A DNA stretch of 64,000 nt from Podarcis pityusensis. Lineage: Eukaryota. Positions within the stretch are counted from its first letter, which is position 1. Every line of letters starts with the position of its first letter. The notes below the pieces were generated by a model. It had not been told where the DNA came from and ran no database searches. It saw only the letters and a list, made by a program, of their open reading frames with translations. Below are positions 1 through 11,084 of this stretch, one piece after another. Made by a program: the position numbers and the translations under genes. The stretch lies in assembly GCA_964106645.2 (NCBI GenBank), contig OZ067046.1; one strand, 5' to 3'.

Positions 1-65
1 TGAGCCCAGGACAGAACCCTGTGGCACCCCACTTGTCACTTTTTTCCAGGATGCTGAGGAACCAT
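1..65 (-). mobile_element. CR1-type LINE ORF2 (RT) fragment, cut by the window edge
   Basis: Reverse complement translates to about GSSASWKKVTSGVPQGSVLG, the GVPQGSVLG RT motif of CR1 LINEs. Confidence 0.8.
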
Positions 66-336
66 GAAGATCAGGTCCTTATAATTTAGTAACAAAAATG
101 TAAACACTAGAACTGTGGGGGAAATGGATTTCTCAAAGCACTTTCCATGTTACAGCTACTCTGCTTTCTCCCTTCCTAAATCTGCTTCGCACATATTCAC
201 AATTAAATATGAAAACAGTACAGAGTTCCTGTCAAATTGTGTGTGTCCACTTCCACTTACTAAGTAGTGCTAAACATAAAACTTACTTTATGAAAGAAAA
301 TTCCACTTTAAGTCAGCCCTCTACATTTTGGCTTAT

Positions 337-854
337 TGTCTTAGGCATCCCCAGCCAAGGAAGGCACAGGTCTGATAATTATTTATTGAGAAAAATCACA
401 CAATTACAGCAACTCTCATGGTGTTCCCAGATACTCATGCACAAATGTTGCTACCCTCTTGGCAGCTGTCCTCTGGTCAGTGTCCTGCAGAGCAGTTGCA
501 GTAACAGTGGGACAAGCCCCATGCACCAACTAATGTACTCTCATCTGATGGGGTGCATGTGTGCAACTTGAGGCTTTTCCTACATGGAAGCCATTGCTGC
601 TTTTCCCTCTGCAAGCCTGTCCTGGTTCTAGGAGACAGTGGGGCAGGGGATGGCAGGTATTTGACTGGCCCTCACCTGAACTTCCTCCAGGTGCACAAGC
701 TGCACACCCTGGCTCTGAACATTCCACTTCCTCCTGCCCTGGCTCCTGCCTTGCAGGCATCACTAAATCCCATAAATTGCTGGGCCCCCTCTCCTGGGTT
801 AATTCCCTGGCCTCTGGCCCCTGCCACACACTTGCAACAGCCCTCTCACTGACA
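337..854 (-). mobile_element. Solo LTR, probably Gypsy-type, 518 bp
   Basis: TGTC...TGACA termini; identical 5-bp TSD CTTAT at 332-336 and 855-859; AATAAA on the minus strand at 382-387; GC-richer than flanks; explains the overlapping ORFs at 530-863. Confidence 0.65.
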
Positions 855-2065
855 CTTATCTAGGGCATTAATCACCTGGAAATTCTCTTGTACAAACTTT
901 GCTGAAATGAAAAACACAGTAATACTCGTGCAGAGCATCCTTTTTGTCTCAATCTATCTTGTGTAGACCAACGTCCTATCCAACTGTAACCTTAATGTTC
1001 AGAGGTTTTGATTAACGAATGCAAATTTAGATTTTTTAAAATGACAGCTAACATTAATCAATGCACCCATCCTGCCTTACAGGCACATAAAAGAGCAGAA
1101 TGATAATAATTAGCATGTATATATGACTTAATTATCAGTAGGAAAAAGCTCTAATGTGTAATTTGATCTAAATAATAGAAATAATACGTGGCGTCAAACC
1201 GAACACCTAGATCTTGATCTTGAAAGCTGTACACCAGCTCAAGTCAAGCAGAATTAGCTTTCAGACCTGTATTGCTCCTGGCTTTTATGTATAAGTACTT
1301 TCCCTTTCTTTAATTAATGTCATCAAAAGAATTTTTTAGGATGAGCCCCATGCTGAGTTCTTTTGGGGATAAAATGCAGTACTTCTGATGTAGTATTAAA
1401 AATAAGGCAGGCTTTAAAAAACAACAACAACCCACCACTATTCATATGTAAATGTAATTATGTCCTTATAGCTACTGTTACAATTGGGCACGTGAATGCT
1501 ATTGGTGTGATTAACTGATTAATAACTTGATGATCAGAGATTCAAAACAGAGCTCAAAATAGAATAATAAAGATGGAATTGCTCTCTCTCAACAATATAT
1601 CTGGCCCTTCTTCAAGCACACTGGATCCTGACATCTCTTCAGGAAAGATAAACTGTTTGGATACAGAAATATGAGTAAGAGAGTTATGATTCCCAAGGCC
1701 TCTCAATACTAGAGGCTGCACCCTTGCTCTCACCTACCTCCTTATCAAAGCCACCCACCCACCCATCCCTTTAACCCCTCTCCATAGCCACCCCATCCCC
1801 ATATTCCTTGCCAATGCTACCCTCTTCCCTTTGCACCTCACCAAAGCTATCCCTCTGCACCTTCACTTGCTGGCCAAAGACACTAATCTGCCTGGGTGAC
1901 CCGGCAATTTGCTTGCCAGCCTGGGATACCCACTCACATTTTTGCTGGCCTCAGCTACAAAATGCTCACTGGCACTGAGTTGCCCTCTGGTTCCCTTCTC
2001 CTTACTCTGCTGTGATGACTCAGTGGCTTTGAGATCCCAGTTTGCTGTCACACTGTAGTTTGCAC

Positions 2066-2081
2066 CACCACCTGTTGGCAG
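2066..2081 (-). promoter_or_regulatory. CTCF-like motif
   Basis: Minus strand CTGCCAACAGGTGGTG resembles the CTCF core CCASYAGRKGGC; motif match only. Confidence 0.25.
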
Positions 2082-3469
2082 CCCTGTGAACTGCAACCTG
2101 ATGACATGCTTAGGAAAATCTATATTAGGAGCCATTTCTCCTTAACATTCTACAATCATATGAATGTAATGAATGTATGATCAGGTACACATGTAACTAA
2201 AAAGGAGATGTTGGTGCATATGTGGCTGAGGAGGGGATATGCTAATATATAGGACAAATTGTTGGGGACAAACACACACATGCAACACAAATCCCATCTC
2301 TAAGCTGTCAGGGGAGCATATGATTCAGGGATTTCTTTCTTCAGCAGACTTGATCATAGGAAGAATGAGTAGAGACCAGAGGACAGATTTTATGGCGATC
2401 TGATACTCTTGCTATAAAGGAATTGGAATCCCCAGGGTAGGATATTGGTGGCAGAAGCTCCTATGGATTTGAAGGACTCAGTTTATACTCAATTCCTATG
2501 AACCTGTGAAGAATCTCTGCAATAAAAACATGATTGTAGATTTTAGTAAAGGTGTAAAATGTCATTTCACTCTCCACATCACTTCTTTTTTTGAAAAAAC
2601 CCATTGAAATTATTCTAATCAGTGTAATTATTACTTAGATGAAAGGAGGGGAGGAATCAGCTGATGGTAGGACTCAGGGAACAGAGTCTCCACGGACCTT
2701 TATTGTACCAGTCATAAATGGAGAAAGTATTCTACACTAAGATTGGATTAGGTCTATAATAATGCACACTGCCTTAGGGAGAAAATTAGTTTTGCAACAC
2801 AATGCTTTAATTTCAAAACCCACTACAGGGCAATGAGATGGGGTAGCGGTGTAGTAGGAATTGCATCTTAATATAGGCTGGAAAAGTGAATAGTATCAAG
2901 GGAACTTTGTTAATGTATTCTAAATTATGAAGGGCAACTGGTCAGTGCCATTGTTTCATTCTGTCTCATAATACAGGAGCAGAGAAAGCAGTATTTAATA
3001 CATTTAAAAGCCAGTAAATTCAGATCCAATTCCCAGATCAAGAATGAATGTTAAACTGGAGTCAGATTTGCTCAGGCCACCAAGCTTGTTAGTCATAAAA
3101 GAATCCCTATGCTGCTAAATGTATAGAGTTCCGAGTTTGAATTTATAAAGTAACAGTATGGAGGGAAAGGTAGTTAAGTAAAGGGTTCCTGTTTCTGCCT
3201 GAGGTGCTCAGAGCAAGTCAGATACAAAGGGCTTAAAAACTCTTAACAATGTTAATCCTTTACTGTATTCCCTATACATGCTGGGTAAGATAACATGGCA
3301 AAAGGGGAAGAAAAGTTACTGAGGATGTCCACGGTACATCAAATTTTATCTGGGAATGCAACTAAACTGTCAGGTAGCTAGTATTAATTGCTAATTTCAC
3401 AATGAAAACAAGGCACCCACCAAATAGAGAATGGAAAGCTTTGGACAACTATAAAGGTAACTGACTTAC

Positions 3470-3575
3470 AAATCCATTGCAGATGACCGCAGCACCTAGA
3501 GACAGTTTTTGTATCCACAACAGTGGCAGGCGGAAAAAGAACCGCTGTGAGGAGTACAGGAAGAAGAAATGCCAT
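3470..3575 (-). CDS. Candidate first coding exon segment with a signal-peptide-like N-terminus (MAFLLPVLLTAVLFPPATVVDTKTVSRCCGHLQWI); gene unknown
   Basis: ACCATGG Kozak context, hydrophobic N-terminus, GTAAGT donor immediately below 3470, possible acceptor near 3727; no homolog recognised. Confidence 0.25.
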
Positions 3576-4590
3576 GGTACACCTGCATCAGCACACTTTA
3601 TCTGCCCCACAACATCTGCAGCAAAACATGTCTCTCCCATATCAGTCTCTACAACAACATCAGGTGCTGTAACTCCTGTTTGACTTCATCCCTGAAGGCA
3701 CACTCTTCCATTGTCTCCCGAGACCCTGTATATCCGTATAAGAACTGAATAGTATAGTTTTATTGAAATGAGGGTTCATTAGCATATCAAATATAAAATG
3801 GAACTTAAAGTAAACTGATATGGATAAAAACTGGGACTATTGGCAGGCTATAGGCACTACTGATTTTCTTGGCAGAGATTCTCCATAGCTTAGGAACCAC
3901 CACTTCCTAGGTCCTGCCTGGCTTATGTTTTCCCTCCCTCTCCTTTTTGTACTTCCTTGTATCTTTCATTTTAAAAAATAAATAAATAAATCCCCTCCTA
4001 TTGGTTTCAAAATCTGGTGCCTACATGCCATGAAAGTATGAAGTTAATCATTGCAGGCAAAGCAAAGTTTTACTTTAGCCTTGAAATGCACAAATTGAAA
4101 AAAGTTGCTCCTCCAAAGACCAGATCTAAACGTTCTTTTGCTGTCCCTTATGCTCTTTGAAACAGATTAGATACGTTCATATTCAAGCACTAGAACGGCT
4201 TTCAGCAGGCTAGCAGACAGTTTCTTGTTAGTAATTGGGTGAAATCTACATTAAAAACCACCCAAACAGCTGTTTACTTGGCAGCATCAATTTTAACAGG
4301 GCTGTCTGTGGAAGGTTGTCAGTGTAGTCAGTTTAAATACAATCTACAAGGGCAAAGAGCTAGCTAACTGGCTCATTGTACCATAACATTTAAGGCACTG
4401 AGACATGAGGAAAATGTAAGCTGTCTTTTTTATAGCACCTGCAATGCATTAAGGGTATGCTACCTACACAGAATTATTCTTTGCCGTTTCATACTTCATT
4501 GAGATTCTTCATGTATGAATGCTTGTGAATGTCTCTGAAGATGGCACATACCTAGAAAAGGTTAACAAGTTCACAAGGAATAATTTATAT

Positions 4591-4674
4591 AATGAATTTA
4601 GCCTCTCTTTCTGTACATGTAAGCTGACTGCAGCAATCATTTTTAAAAATGAATTTAGCCTCTTTTTCTGTACA
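4591..4674. repeat. 27-bp direct repeat pair with a 30-bp spacer
   Basis: aatgaatttagcctct(c/t)tttctgtaca at 4591-4617 and 4648-4674. Confidence 0.9.
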
Positions 4675-5609
4675 CGGGCATTGATAAAAGCATAGATAGT
4701 TTAAGGGGCTATGTTGTGATAGTATCAGTACCGGTGATCAAATCTTTATTTTTAATGACCACTGTTTCTTGTTATCTGAGGAACTGCTATGAGTGACAAA
4801 TGAACTAGCTGAATAGAGAGCACTGTGAGAACTGGGAAAATACAATTCACATATCCATCCTGGAACTCCATTAGATAATATTATTGAGGAAGTTGGCCAT
4901 CCAAATACTAGTGGCTGGACTTTTAACAGTTTGATACAGTTCGTACCACATAACACTAGTCTAGACATGCAGTTCTCTTCTCAATATCCATGGGTTCCAC
5001 ACAAATCTCTCTTAATCTCTCTCATTCACAGACGAAGATACAGGTGAGATCGGGAGTGAGATAGTGAGATCGGGAGTGGGTTTTAGGCATGTGCATTCTG
5101 CACAACTCTACTAACAGTCCATCTCACAATATGAAGGTAATATCTGAAGTATCAGTTTCATTTGAAAATAAGATCACCCCAACCCTACCAACAGAAATGT
5201 AGGAAGGATTGAGCTTATGAGGCCAGGGAGATGCCATATTCAAATAAACATTGTTCTTCCCAATTTGGACACTTAATGAAGGGGAGTCAACCACCCTAAG
5301 AATTGTGCTTGATCTCACCTTACATACAGAGTTATGAGAATAGAGTAAGTATTATCTGAAGATGCCCACATAGAATGAGATGTTTGGCATGCCACCATTT
5401 TTCTGAAGTTCATCTGTTTTCTGCTTTAATTGCAGAAATTTCCAGTGGAGGGAAAACCACACCTGCAGAGACTCCATTTGTTTTATCTCAACATCTAGCA
5501 TCACTTCAGATACTAGATGGAACTGATTGTGGTTTGTTGTTGGGTAGCCATTTTGACCCAAGAAGATTGTAAAGAAGCCTGGCAATGCAAGTGGTTCCCT
5601 TTTTCTAAT

Positions 5610-6266
5610 CAAGTTAGTTAAAATGTAGATTAGAAATTGCATTTACAGTGGTACCTCGGGTTAAGTACGTAATTTGTTCCGGAGGTCCATTCTTAACCTG
5701 AAACTGTTCTTAACCTGAAGCACCACTTTAGCTAATGGGGCCTCCTGCTGCCGCCGCACTGCCGGAACATGACTTCTGTTCTTATCCTGAAGCAAAGTTC
5801 TTAACCCGAGGTACTATTTCTGGGTTAGCGGAGTCTGTAACCTGAAGCGTATGTAACCTGAAGCATATGTAACCCGAGGTACCACTGTAAAGGCAAACCA
5901 ACCTAATGAACACTTTCTGAAACAATATGCAAATGAAAACATGGCTGTCTTTTGAAATTTGCACTGCTCTGAATTTTGCAGAGGTTCGGCAGCCAAGTAA
6001 TATGTACAAAAATGCATAAATTAGTGAAAGTAGCATATAAAATAATTTATGGGAGGAGAAAATGCTTTGCAAAAATATGTATGGTAGGCAAAATTGCATA
6101 TATTAGGAGTGTATCTTAGGAAATACACTAAAATGCTACTGAATTTTCATTAAAACCTATTGTTAAAAAAATAAAAACTGATGTGGAAATGTGGAGAAAT
6201 GTGAATTTAAGAGTGGAAAAATGAGAAACCAAAAGGAACTGAAACTGACAGCTTTGCCTATCCCTT
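5610..6266. mobile_element. Old AT-rich non-autonomous DNA element (hAT-Ac-like), interrupted by a Tigger-like MITE
   Basis: Right end ...gcctatccctta resembles a TAGGGATG-type TIR; similar diverged body at 30120-30686; left boundary approximate. Confidence 0.4.
5646..5887 (+). mobile_element. Tc1/mariner (Tigger/pogo-like) MITE, family A, 242 bp
   Basis: TIRs CAGTGGTACCTCGGGTTA / TAACCCGAGGTACCACTG with TA TSD; near-identical copies at 6806-7047 and 26738-26979. Confidence 0.92.
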
Positions 6267-6797
6267 ATATAGCTAATATACTAGTCTAGCATATTTAAAA
6301 ATTGTGTAAATAGGATGGATTGTCGATGCTTACTTCTAGCACAATATATATGAGCCAAACTAGACTGGACCTAATAGCTGCATTGGTTTGCTGTACTAAA
6401 AAAAAATTCACAACTGTATGCTTATTTGAAAGTAACCCCATAGACTTCATTGGGACTTACTTCTGAGTAAATCTGAATCAAATTATGAATTCTAATCTGA
6501 GATAGTCATGGAGAAAATTAAGGCACACAGATTTTATTTCAGATTAATTAACCCACAAGTGCTGTTTTCTCTGGCTCTGCTCATCTTTGGTTTTAGCACC
6601 GCCTACCGCTACCCAGCAGGTTATTCCCCAAGGAAATACAATCCTCAACAAGAACAAAAAACAACGTATTTCTCCTGTGACAGGCAAAAACCACTCTATA
6701 ACAAGCCAGATGACTACCAAAAGAAGAGGCCCCCACACCCCATCAACATCAGCATGCTGTATGTGGTGATTTATAGCAGCACAGAATAAAGGAATTA

Positions 6798-7226
6798 CAG
6801 TAGTAAAGTGGTACCTCGGGTTAAGTACTTAATTCGTTCCGGAACTCCGTTCTTAACCTGAAACTGTTCTTAACCTGAAGCACCAATTTAGCTAATGGAG
6901 CCTCCTGCTGCTGCTGCGCTGCCGGAGCACAATTTCTGTTCTCATCCTGAAGCAAAGTTATTAACCCGAGGTACTATTTCTGGGTTAGCAGAGACTGTAA
7001 CCTGAAGTGTATGAAACCTGAAGTGTATGTAACCCAAGGTACCACTGTACCTCCGGTTATGTAACCCTGTGGTTGCGTAAACTTCGGGATGCGAAAACGG
7101 CAAACCCGGAAGTATTTTACCAGGTTTGCTGTGTGTGCATTTGCGGAAGCGGTTCTCAAGTTGCAGAAACCTCGGGATCCCACTGGACCTCCAGAACGGA
7201 TCCATCCGCAACTGGAGGTACCACTG
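6798..7226 (+). mobile_element. Tigger-like MITE, family B (outer), split by an inserted family A MITE
   Basis: TA-CAGTAG[TA insert TA]CCTCCGGTT ... AACTGGAGGTACCACTG-TA; internal CAAACCCGGAAGTA shared with 41640-41830. Confidence 0.85.
6806..7047 (+). mobile_element. Tigger-like MITE, family A (nested copy)
   Basis: Same sequence family as 5646-5887; flanked by TA at 6804-6805 and 7048-7049. Confidence 0.92.
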
Positions 7227-7265
7227 TAATCGCTTTCACAAAGCGATTCATTTAAGAAAAATAGA

Positions 7266-7567
7266 CAGCGGTCATCGAACTTTTTCAGCAGGGGGCCAGT
7301 CCACTGTCCCTCAGACCTTTTGGGGGGGGGGGGAACAAACGAATTCCTATGTCCCACAAATAACCCAGAGATGCATTTTAAATAAAGGCACACATTCTAC
7401 TCATGTAAAAACACCAGGCAGGCCCCACAAATAACCTAGAGATGCATTTTAAATAAAAGGAAACATTCTACTAATGTAAAAACGCTGATTACTGGACCGT
7501 CCGTGGGCCGGATTTAGAGGGGGATTTGGCCAGATCCAGCCCCCAGGCCTTAGTTTGCCTACCCATG
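7266..7567. mobile_element. hAT-Charlie-like MITE with an internal duplication of about 60 bp
   Basis: CAGCGGTC...GTTTGCCTACCCATG termini; AAATAGA on both flanks; duplicated ccacaaataacc(c/t)agagatgcattttaaataaa block. Confidence 0.7.
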
Positions 7568-10226
7568 AAATAGAATATCCAGAACGGGAACTGAACAAAG
7601 AATATCTAGAAAGGTAATTTCCATTAAAGAGGAGGGATAACAGAATGCTTGCCAGGCTAGGTTGACTCATGAGGGTAAACACTATGCTTAGCAGTACTGT
7701 TAGGGCATCACTATCAGACACCAGTGGTGGCTCTGAAGCAGACCTTGCCTCAAGCAGCTTGTACCATAAGAATATAAGCAATCCATCACAGCTACTCAAT
7801 TAGGTAGAATGCTGCATTATCTAGATTCTTTGTGCTACACTATGGACTTATTGACTAAAAAAGAAAGGAGAGCTTTACTTCATAAGAGAAGGCTGAATAT
7901 GCAGCATGGCCTGTCAGTATTCTCCATCATACGCTACACTTTTGCAATAGTTTCTGCTTTAGGAGAATGCTATCTGGTATCAAAAGCACAGACCTCTGGT
8001 GTGCAACAAAATAAAAAGGCAAACAAGAAAATAATGAAGAAAAATAAGAGGGTAAGGCACTCAGAAACCAGGAGGGAAAACAAAAACAACCCTCTAGTGG
8101 AATGCGGTATGTCTCTCCCCCTCCCCCAACCCCAACCGAGCCATTCATTCAATGCTTCTCTTCCCATCTTTTTCGTTTTAAATATAAATACACCAAGTCC
8201 AAACAACTCTAAATTTAGTGCCAGGTTTTGTTTTGTTTTTGTTGCTCACAGACCAGCAACTATGAGGCTAGAAGGGCAAAAGTTAGATTCATTTAAGATT
8301 TATTCTGCTGCACTCCAAGAGGTGAAAAAAAGGTGAAGACAAGTCAAGAAAAGGGAATGTTTATAGCAAACACATTCTCACAAGGGTTAGAAAATTCTGC
8401 AGCGCATTTGCCTTTTTGTACAGGAAGTCTCATGGGCAAAAGGGAATGGCCTATAGCAGGATTAGACAAGAAAATAAATGATAGCTGTTGAAGATTACAA
8501 GAGCTTTAGATATGAAAACACACACACACAAAGCTAACTTTTGCAATACTGCTTCTTCCAAGTATAGATAGACCAAACTAAATCTTCTTCAAGGTTTAAC
8601 AGCACATGCAATTTTAAAATTGATATATTTCTCACTTGCCACATACTGCTTATGAACAAGGAAAAGGTCTATCAGGGGTCAAATTAAAATTATTACTAAC
8701 CGACCAAAAATAAATAAAATGAGTTTGATCTTCACTATGGTCAGTGAAGTCTGTTGGTAGTATAAAGATTTTATGCTGCTGCCTTTCAGTTGCAGCTTCT
8801 TGTGCAACCTGAAAAGCTGTTTGAGGCCTGAAAGTTGTGTATTGTTTAACAACTCTTTGAGGTAAAGGGAGCTGGGAATAGAGATGTCAAGTTCATCCTC
8901 AGCAGCCATGGGCCCACAAATTGGCAAATCCATTCAGGTATGGGACAACACCAGGGTGTTGTATTATACCTATGTAAGGTACCAGTGGAGGGAACATCTT
9001 GAACCAGGACCTCCAATAGCCAGTCTACAGTGTTTTCACTCCTGCATCACCAGTACTTTGGACCAACACATGGTCAGCAGTCCAAGCAACAAAGGAAAGA
9101 GTGGCCTCAGAGCTGCAGCTCCATCCTGAGGGCAGTCAACTAACTTTCCAGGTTTGAATACAGTGAGATGACTCCTTAAACTGATCAGGACATGTCAGAT
9201 TCTAAAAAACTCATTGCGGTCAAGTTAGTTAGAGCAATGTATTCTTGACCCTGGCATCTACCAGTCCGTGTAGACATCTACTGAGCTAGATGGACAATGG
9301 TTTCCTGTGTCTACCTGTGCCTTCACAACACCATAGTTTATATTGGGGAAAATACTTCAAGAAGCACAGCTGTGCTAAGGAAGGGGATCTACTGCAATTT
9401 AATTCTAATATCCTTTTAGAAAATAGAATGAAGTCAGAGATCTTGAGCAGATTTCTTGTTCCCTTTTTGCCTACACTCTCTGTTAATAGCTCTCAATAAC
9501 TCAGAAGAAACTTCCTTACTGTAGAAAAGAAAAATAAATATATTATTCGTAGTAAACTTTGATTTTGGGCCCATACAATAAAATTGGTGTCTCCGCCCCC
9601 CCCCCATCTTGATCCACACTACTGATATACTAAAAGCAACAAACAATTACTGCAGGGGACACAAGAAAGTAGAACACATCTGCTAATACCCTATAATAAC
9701 CAAAATAAGTGTGATTTAGCAACTCCACGGGACTGGGGTTTATATCCCACTTGGAAATTTCCAAGCATAGCGGTGGTACAAAGCCATGCTCTTGCTGTGC
9801 AGAAACTTGTGTATTTTATTATATATTGAAACCTAGCTTTACCACAATTCCTATATTGCTTGTTTTAGCACCTTTTAATAAAAAATATGGGTTTTAATTT
9901 GATTGAATTGATAAGGATTATGAATCAAATTAAAGGGGGAAAAGAGCTTTTCCCCATATTATGTATGTCATTTTATCATTGCTGAGCATGCAATCTGGAT
10001 CCACAGAACGTGCTCTCAGTAACTTAAAATTTGGTTCAGAGCTTTCTTTTCACCACCCCATCCCACCTGAAATACTTTCAGACAAAGAAGGAAAGCATGT
10101 GATGACACACTGAATTATTAGATATTAGTAGCCATATAATAGTTGTCAACAGATTTCAGTTCCTCAGCAACAGTTCTACAGCAACAGCTATACTGATTCC
10201 CTTTAGTTTCTAGAATAAAGACAGAC

Positions 10227-10231
10227 AATCA

Positions 10232-10270
<39 letters not shown>
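10227..10270. repeat. (AATC)n microsatellite
   Basis: Direct reading. Confidence 0.95.
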
Positions 10271-11043
10271 TCTCATGCCTAAGATAGAGGTCAATGATCT
10301 ACTAGTAAATTTCTGTCTTAACATATTTAAATATTAAAGATGACAGCATTCCTTAATGTCAATACAAAACATATTGATATATTGATATTTTTTTTAGAAC
10401 ATTTAATTGCAGTAGTTTCTGTTTATCTCATCTCAGACATGTTGAGTCCCAAAACTGGGATGTGTGTCTTCCTGGCAGTGCTCCTGTGCAAGTCACATGA
10501 CCCGCACAAAATCACAGAGCCCAAAGAAGCACTTTTTGTGGGCCATGCTCTCATGCAAGAGCATGACACCTGAAAAATGTGCTTTGGGGCGCTGCACGAG
10601 ATCGCGGCCCCAAAAAACTGGTTTTCTGGTGTGACAGCTCAGTGCAAAATTGTGTGAGATCACGATATGCAAAACGACTGCCACGCTCTTGCATAAAAAA
10701 TGGAATGTCCCAGTTTTTTTATATGGGGTATGCCATATAAAATCCATGTATGTATGACATATAAAATTCTTAGCTATATTTACAAAGACATATGTTTATT
10801 TGATCATCACTCTTCAAGCATTCAGCTTGTTCTTAGACTGAAGATTCAGCTAGATAAGTTTATAGGAGATCTAGAATCAGTCAGATGACTCTGTCCACCA
10901 TCCCATGCCTATTCTTTGCAGGGTAAAGACAGCCATGCTTCATGCAGTTCCTTTGGAGAATCAAAAAACTAGGTCTAGGTTACATAAAGCATCAATTGAC
11001 AAAACTTTAGGCTTCATCTAATGTGCAGTGTCAAAACACGCTC

Positions 11044-11045
<2 letters not shown>

Positions 11046-11081
<36 letters not shown>
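11046..11081. repeat. (CA)n microsatellite
   Basis: Direct reading. Confidence 0.95.

Positions 11082-11084
<3 letters not shown>

Noticed and set aside
3545-3580. TGRRNA, resembling the PKA-inhibitor (PKI) pseudosubstrate, on the plus strand
   Set aside because: Flanking residues do not match PKIA/B/G and an upstream stop is present; coincidence.
3530-3585. Resemblance of tgtaccATGg...LPVL to the ACVR1 first coding exon
   Set aside because: Exon length and following residues do not fit; no other ACVR1 exons seen; symbol not assigned.
4591-4674. Repeat-spacer-repeat of CRISPR-like dimensions (27/30/27)
   Set aside because: Only two units, vertebrate context and no cas genes; a simple local duplication.
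5782-7393. Recurring peptide SGYI.FRLHTLQVT.SANPEIVPRV in several ORFs (also 26658)
   Set aside because: Translation of family A MITE copies, not a protein family.
7809-8336. 175-aa ORF
   Set aside because: Non-ATG start, low-complexity K/N/F content from A/T tracts, no domain or splice support.
9893-9934. 12-bp perfect inverted repeat
   Set aside because: Almost entirely A/T; expected by chance in this composition.
10440-10730. CpG-containing, internally repetitive segment, probably a DNA-transposon relic
   Set aside because: Could not define TIRs or a TSD.
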